This document shows positions 63,524-64,000 of a stretch of 64,000 bases of DNA, in pieces. The DNA is from Balanoglossus misakiensis (taxonomy: Eukaryota > Animalia > Hemichordata), in NCBI GenBank assembly GCA_040954595.2, contig CM082578.2:2152831-2216830 (forward strand). The letters are read 5' to 3'. The notes below the pieces were generated by a model that had not been told where the DNA came from, did not search any database, and was given only the letters and a program-made list of their open reading frames with translations. Each line of letters begins with the position of its first letter. The first letter of the stretch is position 1. Made by a program: the position numbers and the translations under genes.

Positions 63524-64000
63524 AAACACTGCTTGAATTTCTACAATTATTAAGCAAACGGAAGCTTCACTAACACATAGGCGTACACACAGAGCACGCG
63601 GCACGATAATTGTGTGCGTGGCCAGCTGATTGACCGACCCTATCTTATAATTTATATGGGAGAGAGCGGTTTTGTCTTGTTATATCCTACAAAAAGTGAC
63701 CATATTAAAGTGGAGAAATAATGACCTGATAATTTGTGTGGCCGATCGACCGTCCCTATCTAAGGCCTATATTGGCATGTTATGCAAGACACACTATTCG
63801 AAATAACGCCTGTCCGACAGTCCGAGACTGGTTGTTTTTCCATCAGACTGATAGTAAAAAAGTTACCAGTCCGGCGGACAGGTTGAATTTAGCGTGGAGT
63901 TGACTTGTTTGCGGTATCATAGACGTACGTGACCCCATCGTGACCCTGGCTGTCCGGGATAGCACCACCAACGATATCTTTTAGACCATCCTCTGTTTAT

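Larger units (their letters stand above)
50888..64000 (-). repeat. 5S rDNA tandem array, unit ~1065-1071 bp, continuing beyond the window
   Basis: Eight near-identical gene+spacer units interrupted by two LINE insertions. Confidence 0.97.

Overview
AT-rich, intron-containing animal genomic DNA, probably an invertebrate deuterostome (from memory the 5S sequence resembles hemichordate 5S; not verified). Five zones. (1) 1-25047: middle exons of a very large + strand extracellular gene (sushi, EGF, HYR, Cys-rich GCC-type and Notch-like EGF repeats; uninflatable/SVEP1-like architecture). One sushi domain is split by a long insert holding Thr-rich tracts, a complete expansin-like module and a furin site. 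(2) 25529-35910: a 10.4-kb element in an (AT)n tract, bounded by 177-bp direct repeats. It carries a Sola-type transposase split into two divergent genes around a 635-bp palindrome, a spliced winged-helix+SET gene and a His-Me finger endonuclease; this is the best candidate for an undescribed system. (3) 36625-38728: a 3-exon Myb/SANT (Harbinger-type) gene. (4) 38752-50444: a full-length AcademH transposon (185-bp TIRs, transposase, RecQ-like helicase, 60-bp minisatellite) with no target-site duplication. (5) 50445-64000: a 5S rDNA array (8 genes, ~1066-bp unit) carrying CR1-like and L2-like LINE insertions at one spacer hotspot. All family assignments come from motif recognition by eye, not database searches.
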